64,000 bases of DNA from the human T2T-CHM13v2.0 reference genome, Homo sapiens, in NCBI RefSeq assembly GCF_009914755.1, contig NC_060925.1; one strand, 5' to 3'. Below are positions 22,666 through 36,969 of the stretch, piece after piece. The position numbers and the translations under genes were made by a program. The first letter of the stretch is position 1. Each line of letters begins with the position of its first letter. Below the pieces are notes generated by a model. That model had not been told where the DNA came from. It made no database searches and saw only the letters and a list, made by a program, of their open reading frames with translations.

Positions 22666-25579
22666 GAAAGAGCACTAGGCTTCAGCCCAGAAAATCTGCT
22701 TTCTATTCCTAGTTCCCCACGAAATGATTCTGGGCGGGCTGTTTCTCTGAGCCTTGGTGTGTCCTCTGCGGAAAGGGTAAATTATTGCCCTGCTCACCTC
22801 ACAGAGCTTATTTTCAGACTCCAGTGAGACAAAGTTGTTGAAGTCTTCATAGCATAGAGAGCTTGTTTTGAGACTCCAATGAGACAAGATGTGAAAGAAC
22901 TCATACATTTGAAAGTCTTTTGCAAATGTAATGAAGTGATATTATGACCTAATAATATCCTTGTGGTAAGTCTTTGAAGGCAGGAACCATGCCTCAAATC
23001 TCATTTATTGCCCCACACCTCCCACAAATCCCTCCCCACCTAACAGAGGGCTTATGCATGGACTTTACATTCAACACCCATTCTACATTCAACACGCATG
23101 GACTTTAGAACTTGAATATGTCTGTTAATGTTATGATCTGGAATATCTCCATTACAAGTTTCTTTCCACTGGGCTTAAATAAAACACTTTCGTCTTTTTT
23201 CCCCCAGAAAAAAGATCCAGTAGTCTTTTATGTAACGGCTGTCTACTGTGAACCCCTTCGGGATATTAAAGTCATGACCCTCAACATGGCTGGAACATCT
23301 TGTATTTGGCCCCAACTCTATGAGGGCCAGCACATCCCTGATCCTTCTCTCCATTTTCGGCCTCCCATTTAATTCCTTTCCAAGGTCTTTATACACAAGT
23401 CCGTATGAGGCCTCTAAATACATCCTAAATTCTGTAAGACCGCTGCAAATAAGATCTTACTCTCTAAAAACACCTGTATAATCATTCTCCTATGTAAGGA
23501 GGGACCCTCTATATTTTTAGTTTTGTTCCCATACAGCAAACACTATTAATACCATCGTACTTTCTCCAGAGATGATATGGATTAGACCAAATGGAAAGTT
23601 ACCATGGCTACCGCAGTGTTATTTTTGGTATGAGAAATTCATGCCAAGAGAAGCAGTATACATGGTCAAGAATTGGAGCTTTATTTCCTCTTTGCTATCA
23701 GGCAATCAATCCCAATTTAATTTTGAAACTCTAATTGCAACGGAAACTAATTATGAGCAGCAAGATCTGGAACCCCTAATTAAAGTGGGAGTCAATAAAG
23801 CGACTCGGCATTATCAACTGGGGCACCACTGGCAGGATGGGGGATTAAGTACAAGCAGATTTCTTTCCCAAGTAACTAGCTAAGCAAAACAAAACAGGGA
23901 GACTCATCTTGAGGGTGCAGTTGGTAAACCCTAAGTTGGGACCGAGGGCTACAGTTTCCAGTGAGTGAGCAGCTCAGGCCTTCTCTCTGTGCTATGAAGA
24001 CTTCGACAAACTGGGAATAGAGTAGAAGTCCAGGCGGAAAGAAGGGTGTTTCTACCACAGTCAACCACCAAGAGTGGCCACGGTGGAGAGATAGAGAGTG
24101 CACAAGCTGAAGGACAGCTGGACCCGACTACCCCATATATTAAGTGGCCTTTTCTATATATTATGTAGCCTTGGGGCCGTAACTGCAGACCAACAGGTAC
24201 CCAAACAGAAACTCATCCCTCAGACCCAGATATTTATAGGCTGACTCCCTCATACACCCAATGCTGAGTTGCACTTCACTGAATTAGCAGAAGTTGGCTT
24301 GTGGAAGGACTTCTATTAGAGTGAAACCCACTGCCAATCCCCGAAGTGCACCATACCCTTTGGGACCTCCTAGTCTATCTTGGAAGCTTTAAAATACTGT
24401 TAATGGCATGACTTCATCTGCCCCACACTTGAACGATCCATATTTAGGCCAGAAACCACATGGATCTCGCATCACTTCACTGGGCTCCAGGACAGAAAGG
24501 GGCTCAAGTCAGGAAGGGAATGCTTCTAACCAATGATTAATTACTCATCCTCTGTCAAATTTCTTGACAAAGGGACAAAAATGAACACTCCTACCAGGGA
24601 GCAAAATCAATGGAAACTCACCCTTTTCCCACTCTGTATATTTTTAAACAAAAAGGTTTTCTCCCACTAACAGGTAGTTTTCCTGATTTTTTTAAAAGCG
24701 TATTGAGAAGAAAGAAGCAGAACATCATAACCCTGCTGCAGCCTTTTCAAAGGTAATGAATGAGCCAGTCCCACAGGAGAGGGAGCTCTGCTTCAGGGTG
24801 GGAAGGATTCCTTGAGAGCTTTCAGAGTCCAATTTCCCAGGAATAAACGAGGTCCGCAGTCAGGCTGGGGCCGACAGGCTTTTTCCAAGGCAGACAAACC
24901 CCAAGATCCACGAAAGCCTATATTAATCTTAATTCCTAGTGCGTCACAGGCAGGCAAATAGAACACAGGCCTCATCTTGAATTAGCCAAAGGAGGTTCTC
25001 TGAATATTTTCATCAAAATAGTGTATTGACATATTATACAAAGCTCTTGGCACCGGTGTCTTATAACAAATGTTAAAATGTGAGCAGTAAAGACAACAAC
25101 AGTTCTGAACCCTGAGATGTTTTGAAACCTGGCTGCAATTTGAAAGGAAATATTGTGTGGCTTCTGTACATTATGTACATTATTGATAAGTAATGGACCA
25201 GCAGGATAAACAGAGAAAAGGGCTCAGCTACCTTGTGTTCGTTAGAAATGAAGGAAGAGAGACAAAGAGAGAAAGAAGAAAAATAGCTCTGTCCTATTGA
25301 GCTACTTTAGTATAAAATTTCAGCCTACAGAGAACTGAAAGTGTCCTGAAAAACAGCTTCAGCCCAAAACAGACAAGGAGCCCTGTTCTGTGCCACTGGG
25401 TTCTGCTTCCAGGGGAGGTACACCACTAGGGGCTCTTGAAGACCCATCAGTCAAAGAAAGCACCTCTGTTTTCACAATCAGCAAGCTGCAAACTTTTATC
25501 TATTGCCCTTTAGGAAACTCATGCTTTCAGGGTCCCCCAAAAGATTGACAGATGTACTTTATTTCCAAACCAAACCTAC

Positions 25580-25663
25580 CTTGACTCCAATGAAAGACTT
25601 GCGGTGATAGAAGCAGCACAGAGCTGCTGAGAGGGCGTGGAAAGCACTGCATTCCTTAGGCAT
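25580..25663 (-). CDS. BCAR3: Coding part of the BCAR3 alternative first exon: MPKECSAFHALSAALCCFYHRKSFIGVK (short isoform N-terminus)
   Basis: aagATG (A at -3) at 25663, 28 open codons, donor GTCAAG|gtaggt in phase 0, compatible with the 4122 acceptor. Matches my recollection of an annotated BCAR3 isoform. Confidence 0.9.
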
Positions 25664-25940
25664 CTTTCGGTCTTCAGTCCCGGGGACCACACACTTTCTT
25701 TAGGGTTAAAAGAAAGGGGGCTTCGGACGTTAAAGCCCTAGCCCACCACAGCAGCTGTGCTGTTTCTGCCCAGAAGTCAGGGAAGTCGGCAGCCGGGGGA
25801 GTGAGTCGGCTCCTTCTCCCAGGCTAGTCTGGGACTTTTCCCCTCTGCTGAAGCCAATACGATCCACTCGCTCAATTCTCGCAGGCTGGTGTCCAGCCTG
25901 CCATGCACACAGTGCCAGAAATTCTCATGTGACCAGACTT
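25664..25940 (-). promoter_or_regulatory. Internal promoter / 5'UTR of the short BCAR3 isoform
   Basis: Directly upstream of the MPKEC exon; raised GC and CpG; ETS GGAAGT (~25781), kappaB-like GGGACTTTTCC (25831-25841), CCAAT (~25854), M-box TCATGTGAC (25925-25933). Confidence 0.6.
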
Positions 25941-26737
25941 GCTTTCTGATGAAATTCTAACCCCTCTTAGAAGAGGCCTTGGGCTTTAGCTGTCCCCTCA
26001 ATTTAGAGACCAGGCAGAAATCATTAGCAGCCCCTCTCCCCCGACCCAGAATTTCCTTCTGGGGCTGAACTGTACCATGCGACCTGCTCCTAGTGGTTCT
26101 GTCTGCTTGTCACTCCAGCACCCAGAGGTTTAAGGAAGCAGGGTAAGTTGTACATTCACACCACCTTGTTATGAACAGAGGCTCCTTTGAGGAAAGGAGG
26201 TGGCCTAAAAGTGACTTTCCCTAGGAGAAATACTAGATGTACTAAGTAACCCAGGCAGGATCCCTGTCCTCACTCTCCCAAGCCCACCTCCAGAGCTGTT
26301 TATTTTTAATTAAGATGCTCCTGGCAGCCAGTTTGCAGCTGATAACGTTGGCACAGCCATCACTACTGGCAAAGCAATATTGCCTTTTGGTGTTTAATTA
26401 GCAAGTCTGTCAGCAAACACCCTGAGCGCCCTATGCCCTCCCACCTGGCTGTGCAACCTGTTGGGAGGATGGGGACTGTGTACCCACTTCTGACTCAACT
26501 GTTTGTCCTATACCTTCCTTTAAATCCTTCACTTTAATTACTCATCGCCACTCTGATTACCCACTTTGCGTAACCTAGATCCTGCACACAAACCTCGCAT
26601 CCAACGCAGCCAAGCAAGGCCCTCCTGGATTCCCTGCGACCTGAGGCCTCTACCCCTACCAAGAGCCACATAACACCTTTAGGGAAAACTAACTGCTTTT
26701 CCCTTCATTCCAGTTATAGCGGATGCTCAACGAGTTC

Positions 26738-26758
26738 TTTTTTTTTTTTTTTTTTTTT
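26738..26758. repeat. Poly(T) tract
   Basis: About 21 consecutive T. Confidence 0.9.
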
Positions 26759-29700
26759 AATCAAATCCAGATTTCTGCCTGTAGCTCTTCCTCTCCTATC
26801 CTACCGCTCCAAATATTAACTTTTTGTGGCTTCGGCCTCAAATATGGAATGTGTCCTGAAGCTTTCTAAAACTTCACACAGGCAGAAACTTGTAATGAGG
26901 AAGAAACAAGATCTATTCAGTCCAGAAAGGAACAATACCAGATGAGGCATGAGGGAGGTATGAGAAATATCCAACGGGATTAGCGTCAAATCCTCGGGAG
27001 ACCTTGGCCTTTGGACTAGGTCAAGTCTGCCCACAAAAATAGGAAATTGCTCTGGGCCCAGTGAGCAGGTATGGAGAGCCACAGTCTCACACCCACGCAA
27101 GGGCAAGGGCCCGGCCTCATCAACGTGTCAACATGGGGATGGAGCTGCTAAGTGAGGCGCTATTGCCACAGCGAGTGTGGGCGATGACTTCCTTTCTGCT
27201 TTCCTCCCTCACTCATTCTCCTCTCTGACTCTGGAGGTCTGGTCTGCAGTCTTGACGGCTCCCAGGCCACAGAAAGTCCACCAGAGAACCTAGAAGGAAG
27301 CACCAAGGTGGCAGAACTCAGAAGGGTTTTCTGAGCTGGAAGAGCCCTTGAAGACTGTCTGGTCAGTGGGTCCCCACTGTCCTCGAAGGTCCAGTACCGC
27401 ACCTGTGAGGAAGCGTTTTCTGGCTTGCCCTCATTTCCGTTAGATGGAGTTCAAAGGGTAAGTCCGTGTGAGCAGCCAGGCCCAGGCCCCAGCAGTTCTG
27501 TGAGCATGACTCATCAATCAGGCCATTAGCCACCACAGAATGGGCCATTTTCACCTGGTATTCTCCTTGGAGAGCAAATAACGATTCCTTCAAGCTAAAA
27601 ACCTCCCCAAGAGGCTAGACAGGCACCATCCCAGGCCTGAGAAAAGGGAGGGGGGCAGTGACTGAAATCCTGCACAGAAATTCGTGAGATTAGTCAGCCA
27701 AGAGACTCCGAAGCCCAGACACCCTTCCCCCAGAAATCGTGAATGAAATGCATTCCTGAAAGTAATATGCAAATAACTCAGACATGTAAATCACATAGAA
27801 TTACGAATAAAGTGCTCCACAGCCAGGGTAAAAACAAAACCAAAGACACTTAGGTCACTGTGGTATCACAGCTCTTGTTACCTGAGGTTTTCTCTGTTTA
27901 TTCTAAGAATATCTCCAAAATACCCAAAGAATTTGTTCCACCGGGATTAAATAATGACTAATCTTATTAGGTAACTGTTTCCTAAGCATCTTTTATTTTT
28001 ATTTCACACCAAAAATAATTTCTGAAGCAGCACTCAAAGGTTTTAATCAATTTTCTCCTGAAACGGTCAAGGAGAGAGACTAAAATAACGTGTTGTTTTT
28101 GTAACTAAAGATGATAATTGCATACATTCTCAAAGTGCCCTTCACTGACTTGTTAAGCTTTTAAACGCTGCCTATTTACGCTGATCAATTCCTCCCATTC
28201 TCCCCACAATGATTATTCTAGTTACAAAGAAATAGAGGACCAGACCTGTGTACCACTCAGCAGAGAACAAAGGGCTAGGGACTCCAACCTCAGACTGCAG
28301 AATCTGGTATCTGATCACATAGAAACACAAATAGATTTTTTAATGTCTTATAATTAAACCTGTTACTCACACAGCCCCGTGAAAGGGCTGTGACCTGGGG
28401 CAGTGGGCCACTTTCTGATGATCTGGTGTGTGGGATTTGGGACTCATCAAATTTGGATACAGGGCTTTCTAAACACCATGCCCCTTTCGGGATAGGGGAG
28501 GGCATTTCTAAGGAACTCCCAGGGACTGAGGAAGGGAGGGGCCCAGTCAGGCAGCTCTGAGCTCTGGAAAAGGTCCTACAGGGTGAACTCCCATCCACCG
28601 CCCTTCTCTGGCTGCCTGGAAGGCTCACTCCTTTGCACCGAGGGAAACACTTGTGATTAAAGCCATGGCTGGGAAGCCAGGTGGGTCCTTGAAGGAAACC
28701 TCTATTACCTCAGGCCAAATGTTGCCCACCCTCTAATTCAAAAAGGGGGTTAAGGCAGGCCGGAGGAAGACCCCTGCATAAGCACTGCCCTCAATGCCAG
28801 TTTTTCCTTGGGCAGCCCTAATACTAACCTGCCCTATTTAGTAACCATGGAAACAGGAGCTGCCTGCCAGCCATATTCAGCAGACACATGCTTCCTGTTG
28901 GCAGCAGCCCCTCAGCTGAGAAGGGCCAAGAGAGTGAGTGCAGAGTCCTTTTCCCAAAGCACCACGGTCCCTGCTAGAAGATCAGGCTCCCAGTGAGGTA
29001 GGCCCTCTCTCCAACAGGGCATGGAGGGAGATGGCAGGAGAAAGATATGCCTGCTAGGTACCTGCTTTTCACTGTTTCAGCACATCTGGAACGTAATACT
29101 GCCCATAGCCCCAAACCCTCCCCAAAGCAGCCCAGAATCAGGGCATCAAGCCTTACACTGAGGCACTCTTGGGCTTTGTCAAGCGGCCCCATGGACAGTG
29201 ACTCTGCCCATGGCTAGAGGACAGTGACTCACCCCAGGCTTCAAGGCCTGGCTTGTTCCTGCCCAAAGGGACATCGGTCAGGGGTGAACACCAGTAATCG
29301 TGATCAGAACAGCTCAAAACATCTTGTGGCAACTACTAAGACCCTTTATCCTACTCCCTCTCCCCTAAAGATCAATGCTTTCTGGCTTTTTGCTTCCCCT
29401 AAACCCAGGTGATCTGGCTCTTGCTGAACAAAGACAGCTTTAATGAGCCAGGGCATGAGGCTGATGCAACCAGCTCCATCTTTCCTGGTGCCCTGGGAAG
29501 TAGGCAATGATTAGCCTGGACCTTGCCCCACTCAGCACCAGCCTGGCGTCACGGTGAGGACAGCCTCTGCAGACTCGGCTCTGTGGAGAGCAGTGTGGCA
29601 GGTGCCTGGGAAGCCCTAGGCAGATAAAGGGGCAAGTTGATCCGCAGCCTTGCTTCTCAAGACTTCCCCAGCACCCACCCTATCTCTGCCTGATTCTGAA

Positions 29701-30583
29701 CAAATAAGCCAGCAGCTCACACACCTTCCCACAAAGAGCCAGAGGGCCTGAGGGAGGAGAGCTGGGAAACCAGGGAGGACAGGAGGAAAGGACTTTGTGC
29801 AAAAGGTCAGCTCCTCTTCCAGCCAGGCTCAGTAGCTACAGAAGCTGCCAAAGACAGTTCTACACATTTCCCTATATGCAAATCTGATTGATTTCTTGCT
29901 CCGAAAGGGAATGCAAACAAGACTTAGTGGGAGGAGGGCAGGCAACAATGCCTGCGCCCTCTGGCCCCCTTTGTGTATTGCTGTGGACAAGACGTTCGCC
30001 TGCCCTGGTGAACACAGACAGTACATTTAGGAGTGCGTGCTGTACATATCCTGGTCTAACAGTTTCCCCAGATTCCTCAAGGGGATGAAAGAGTATGGCT
30101 GTTAAATGGTCTCTATCCGGAAGCAATATTGATCTGCCTAGCACATAAACAAAGAGACTAAAGTACAGTCTTCACAGCAGATTTCTCTCTGCTGGGCCTT
30201 CTGTCTTCCCTTACCAATTTCTGTTTCTCTAACTAGCTATTAAAATTGTATAACTGAGTAATGCGAAGCAAAATTAGGCACTGTGCCCTGTTTTGCTTTC
30301 TTACGCTATCACACACAATTCTGCCCCATTCACCTCTCTACCACTACCACCTAGTTCCTGGTGTCACCCCAGAAATCTTATATTACACAAGCTCAATTTT
30401 CTGTTTTTAGCGTTCAGGCAAAAAGAAAGAAAAGAAAAAGAAAGAATACATACAGGACATAATCCCAAGCTCTCAAATGGCAGACTCACTATCTGATGAT
30501 CTTGGCCTTCTCTGAGATTCTATGAAAGTCATGGGCCCTCCTTCTAGAGCAAAAGACACATACTTGCAATGCTTTACAATTAG

Positions 30584-30978
<395 letters not shown>

Positions 30979-31579
30979 AAAGCCATGGTTTTTAGTTTCT
31001 GTCTCTAGTGATAAGTGGAAAAGAGGGATGAGGAAGGGGCTTTACTGGCCCAACCAGAAACAGAAACTAAGAACCCATTCTCCCTCTTGGACACCTCTGC
31101 TTCAGGGGATTCTTGTATCCACTAGAAGCCCATCCATATACCCCTTGGAGTCTTATCCATCCAAGATGATTCACCACCTACTTCCCAAGATTCCTTTTCT
31201 TCTACACTTACTATGCAAGCAATTACACCTGGAGCAATCACTTACTTCTCCTGCCATCTCAGCTCCTGGGTTTTCTTTGCTGTACACTTTTCTCTTTCCC
31301 TTTCCATCCACTTTTGGTAGGCATGAGCTATGTAAGCAACTAATAGGCAACGACCACAAAGCCCTTCAGAGGTCCCTCCCATGCAGAGTGCTGCAGAAAT
31401 GGGCAGACGGGCATCTGCGAGGCCCTCTGGAGGCCTTACCAGCCAGGAACAGCTGCCTCTCTCCCACCTCCACTGCGCCAGTTCTCTGTCTCACAAGCAC
31501 CTCTGCAAAATGGCATCTTCCAAAACTGAGCTGTGAGACAGACACCTGCTTGTCTTCAAAATGGCTCTGTAACACACCC

Positions 31580-31775
31580 TGGAGGTAGGAGGCTAGAGAG
31601 CGAGCCAGGATGGGTTCTGGTCTTCACCACTAGCTAGCTGGGTGACTTTGGGGAATTAATTAACTTCTCTGAGCCTTAGTTTCCTCCCCAGACTTACCAA
31701 GTTATTGTAAGCATCAAGTGAGATATCACATGGAGGGCCTGGCACCCAACACATAGTAGGCACTCTACAAACATG
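31580..31775 (+). mobile_element. MIR SINE
   Basis: ctagctgggtgactttgggg...ttaacttctctgagccttagtttcctc...cctggcacccaacacatagtaggcact. Confidence 0.75.
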
Positions 31776-33572
31776 AGCTTCCTTCCCCCTTCGAAAGAAG
31801 GGACAACAAACCCCATCTTCCCCACTGTACTCGCAGGGCACACGCCCACCCACACGCTGGGCTACAGGAACCACGCCTGTAGCCACGAGAAGAGAGTGGA
31901 CACCCACCCATGCCATGAGCCACTGACCACTGGCTGGCTCCCAGCTGGTATACTTAGGAGCTGGTATAATAAGGAGACTTCTAAAAGCTTTTAGCCTTAA
32001 AATATATGTTACTCATTAAATTCTAAAACTGCTTATTCAAATACCACATATGGTTTTAATCACACTTGCCCAGATGTCTCAGGATTGTCTACTCCAGAGT
32101 CTCTGTCATGTTAGGAGTTGTTTAACAGGCAGCAGGTGTATCCACAGCATCTGCTCACATGATCCTAACCCAGGGGACTCCTGGGTTCATCCACAACTAC
32201 CAGCTCTCCATGTACCACCCTTGTCTGAGCCAATCTGACTGGGGATCCTGTGGGCCCCCTCTGCCTATGGGGCCTGGGTGGTACCCCTCCTTTCCCATTG
32301 CCTTGGGACCAAGCTAGTTGCAGAATTGGACTTCAGCCTCAGTCCTGATTGGATGCCCTACAGGATCCTCACTCCTCCAGCCCCACCTCCTCCTGCCCTG
32401 GCCCTGCAATTCAGCCCTGGGAACAGATCTTCCACATGTGTTTAGCATCCCCAGAGAACCACCTCTCACATGCCGACTCCTTCATATTTCCCCGCCCTGT
32501 ATTACTGGGTTGTCTGATACCAACCAATTCTAGAACTACAACCGTGTCTGGTATAGCTCCTCAGATGTTGTGACCCCTCTGCCCTCTCTAGACTTTCTCT
32601 CTGTGTCCTCCCAGATACTGCCTTCTGCCTAGATCTCCTTCTCTCAAGTCCCTAATGGCAGGAATCTGCCAGAGTTACAGTGCATTCTTCTAAAGCCACA
32701 CATCCCTATCTCCACCTAGAAAGGCTGCCAAGTGGCTGAGTGGATGAACCTGCCTGCAAGGGATCACCCGCCTAGGAAGGCAGGAACCCAGGGGCGGAGG
32801 GCGGGGTCAGTACCAGGTGAGAGGTGGAGTCAGGAGTAACCCCACCCATTCCAGCCTGGAGAGAAAATGGTCTTATCAATCGCTTTTCTGTTGTCAAGCA
32901 AATTCTAGCCATGCAAACAAAATATTTCAGTGGGAAAATATCTCTTTTTCATGGTCATAAGCTGATCATGGGCATTACCATCTAAGTGACGTACTGGATA
33001 ATTCTGTATCCTGCCAAAGTAGCTGTGAGAATCAGTCCAGATGAGGAGTTCTGAACCTAGGGGTGGACTGGGGCTTCCATGGGCCACTAGAAACTGTATA
33101 CAAATTGTTGTGTTCATTGAGGAGAGGGGTTATGACTTTTACCCAATTTCAAAGAGTCACGTGACCAAAAAATTCCTTCTGATCCAGAAAGACTTTCAGT
33201 GGCATGTAGGAAGGGAGGTGAGAATACCTTGGTGGTCACAGAAGTGAGTACGGACTGATAAAGCACCCTGGCTGGCCACCTTGCACACACCCGGGTTGTA
33301 GCAGGGATGTGGCTGGTAAGAGGAGGGGATAGATAGCCTTGAGGCAAGTAGTATTGCAGTTTCTTATGGCCGCTGGAGCAGCTTTAACCAGCACGGGAAC
33401 CCCTTCACTCAGTGGGTGGATGGACCTTGTTTGCATGTAATACTTAGGACAGAAAATTGGAAGAGCTACAAGTTTGACTCTCAACAACCCCTCCTCACCA
33501 CAGACTTCAGAGATGCCTTGAAGAAGCCTGCAGCCGTCACAGATATCGTTTCACCTCACTCACCCCATGTGA

Positions 33573-33931
<359 letters not shown>

Positions 33932-35079
33932 AGGAGCCAGCACTTCTACAGAGAACTTTTACCATGGTGTCCTATTTCATAGTCACACTAGGAGAGGAGT
34001 ATTATTATCTCCATTTCACATGTGGGATCAAACAGCTCTTAAAGTTAATGATTAAAACAACAACGAATCAGAATGGCTGGCTCTATCTGGTGTGATGAGG
34101 GAAGCACGGAGAACACCTGGTCACCAGAAGTGCTTTATCTTATGCAAATCTGAAAGGCAGACCTCCCTCCAACAGAGGGACAGATACTCTTGGCAACACA
34201 GGCAGCAGATCTCATCTGCAATAGTCCATCAGAGGTCCTATTCCGCTCACAGCTGAAAGGAAAGTGCAGGGCTGGGAGAGATGGATGCTGACATCAGAAT
34301 CTGAGAAGAACCAGGAGGCAACAAAGGCTTGCTGCACAAGAAGGGCTAAGGGACCGCTTTTGTCACATGGAAACACAAACAGTACCCCTTCCTCTATAGG
34401 AAGAGGCCAATTCAGAGGGTTCTGTGCATGGAAGGACCTCATTGACTGCCGGCCAGTTTCTTCACTTCCTAACGTAGTCAACTGCCAAGCATAATGCTGT
34501 CTGCAGGAGTGACATCCAGAAGGTCAATATTTGCCCTTTCTGGTGCCAAGGTGGGGACAATAAATTCCTTTGCCAGTGGCTCAAAGATTTGGGTACGCCT
34601 TGCAGTGTATATCCAAATGGGTGGAAGGGCTGGGTGGAGGAAGGGAGAATTACTAGGGAGAGCAGCAGAAACCCATCTGGGTAACTATCCAGGAACACCA
34701 GGACTCCCGGTTGGGTCACTTGTGATAAGATGTGGGAATCCATCCAAGGACAAGCTATAGATGGGCTGGGGATCCACAGCCCCTCTGGACATCCCCACCC
34801 CCTGCCCATAACTTCTCTGTAACAGTAGCAAATCTGGCAAACTTGGAGGCAATGGGTATCCAGTACATAAACCAGGAGGGAGATAAACTAGGGAAAGATG
34901 GGAATAGGACTTGAAAAGATTTTCTTTTTTTTCGCAAAACTTAGCATTCATGTCTCAACATTTTATATATGTATCCTGAATAGAGATAATAGAAATATAG
35001 CAGAATATACTTCTGATCCTAAAAATGTAAGGGGGGGAATGGTATAGATAGCAGGTGGTGGCTATTATATTTAAAAGCT

Positions 35080-35470
35080 TTACTGAGTAGCATGTGTATT
35101 CATCCTTTTAATGGATGTGTGAGCCAATCAGAATACTGAACACTGAATGGTCCAAGAGTAAGCAGGTGAATGACATGAGACCAAACAGAGTCCTTCCCTG
35201 AGACTTTTCAAACTAGGGCTGAGAGAGACATCCCCTTTTCCCCTTGGACCACAAGCCTTAAGAATATAAGCCTAGAGCAGCCCACAGCCAGGCCCTCACT
35301 GCATAAAGAAGCTGATGGAAGAGAATGTGGTCAAAGTGCTGAGAGAGGCAGATGCAAGAGACTAAGGTCCTAAAAATGTTTTCCTTCCCAGAAGTAGTCA
35401 TCAACCCAGGCCACTCCACCCCTGCCCTTCCCAGAGGTAAGTTTCCTAGCTCACACCATCAATTTGGGTT
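35080..35470 (+). mobile_element. MaLR LTR fragment (MLT1K/L-like)
   Basis: gagccaatcagaatac...agagtccttccctgagacttt...aatttgggttt. Confidence 0.45.
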
Positions 35471-36393
35471 TACAGGCTCACCTTATCAGTGTAAGATTAA
35501 AACTTGAGATGGAGATGTAACATACTGTGTCTGGCTCTGTTGGAGATTATGTGTATAAAATGTGATCTCTGTATCTGAGAAATGCTACAAGGAGCCAACA
35601 TGAACTGATGTTACATGAAAACATGCATATTATACACCCATTAATAATAGGGTTGTACACTCATGTGTCAGCAATGAATGGAAATTAATGGTGTTTTGCA
35701 GTCTATTCCAGGGACTTCCATGGAAATAATTGAGTTGCCTTGAGTTTTCAAGGATAACAATACACGAATTTGCCTCTAGGAAGAGGGAGAGGGATTCATG
35801 TTGTTGGAATGTACTGTGCCACTGGTGTAGGGGTGAGTTCTGCTCCCACACCCAGCACCTCCCAGCCAGGGGAAAGCACAAACAAACTGCATTCTCAGCC
35901 CTGCTTATGTGGCATCAGCACCATCCTCAGCTCCTGGAGGATGTTTCCAAAAGGCTTTTCTGCTATGTGGAAGGCCACAGGACCCAATTTAGAGGTACTG
36001 GCTGAGACATCCCCTTATTGAGGCCAGGTGAGCTTTTCCCGGTACAGTCACCTGCGAGGGCAACCCTCATGACTTCTTTCCAGGTCAAAGGACAGGACGT
36101 TTACATCATCTCCAAATCACATTCAAATCTTCCCAAATGTGCTCCTTAGACAGTCCTTAGGTGGACATGGCCTGGAAGTTTGGGAGCCCCTGCTCTCAGT
36201 CTGTGTGGGCCCGTAGGGGTTTCCTTCTCCCCTTAAGAAGCCCTAGCTCCAACCCTGTCCTCCAGGGTTCAGCTACTGAAGCACTCATTAAAATGACTGG
36301 TGCCCTTGTCTGTTGGCCTCATGACCCATGTCTTATTGTCATCATTGGAATGCCTGAACATGATAGGGGCCCACTGAACATTTGGAGATAGCT

Positions 36394-36545
36394 CAGGGAT
36401 TCTCAACCTGGGGTCCACAAACACCTGGAACTAAGATGTGCAGTAAGTGTGCATGCATATTTCTAGAGACGTGGCTCTTGTTCATGGTATTTGCAAGAAG
36501 GTAGGGGCCCTTCCCTGTCTCTCCAAAAATAGTTCAGAACTGCAG
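36394..36545. mobile_element. Small hAT-Charlie MITE
   Basis: Termini cagggattctcaacct ... tagttcagaactgcag resemble Charlie-type terminal inverted repeats. Confidence 0.45.
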
Positions 36546-36661
36546 AGGCGTGAGGGATGACAGGCCACACAGAAGTCATGCTCCTCACCGGGTAAGCCAG
36601 CCTTGCCAGCCTCTGGCTGAATTACGGCTGCTTCCCACTTTGGCCCTAAGAGTCATTTTAC

Positions 36662-36969
<308 letters not shown>

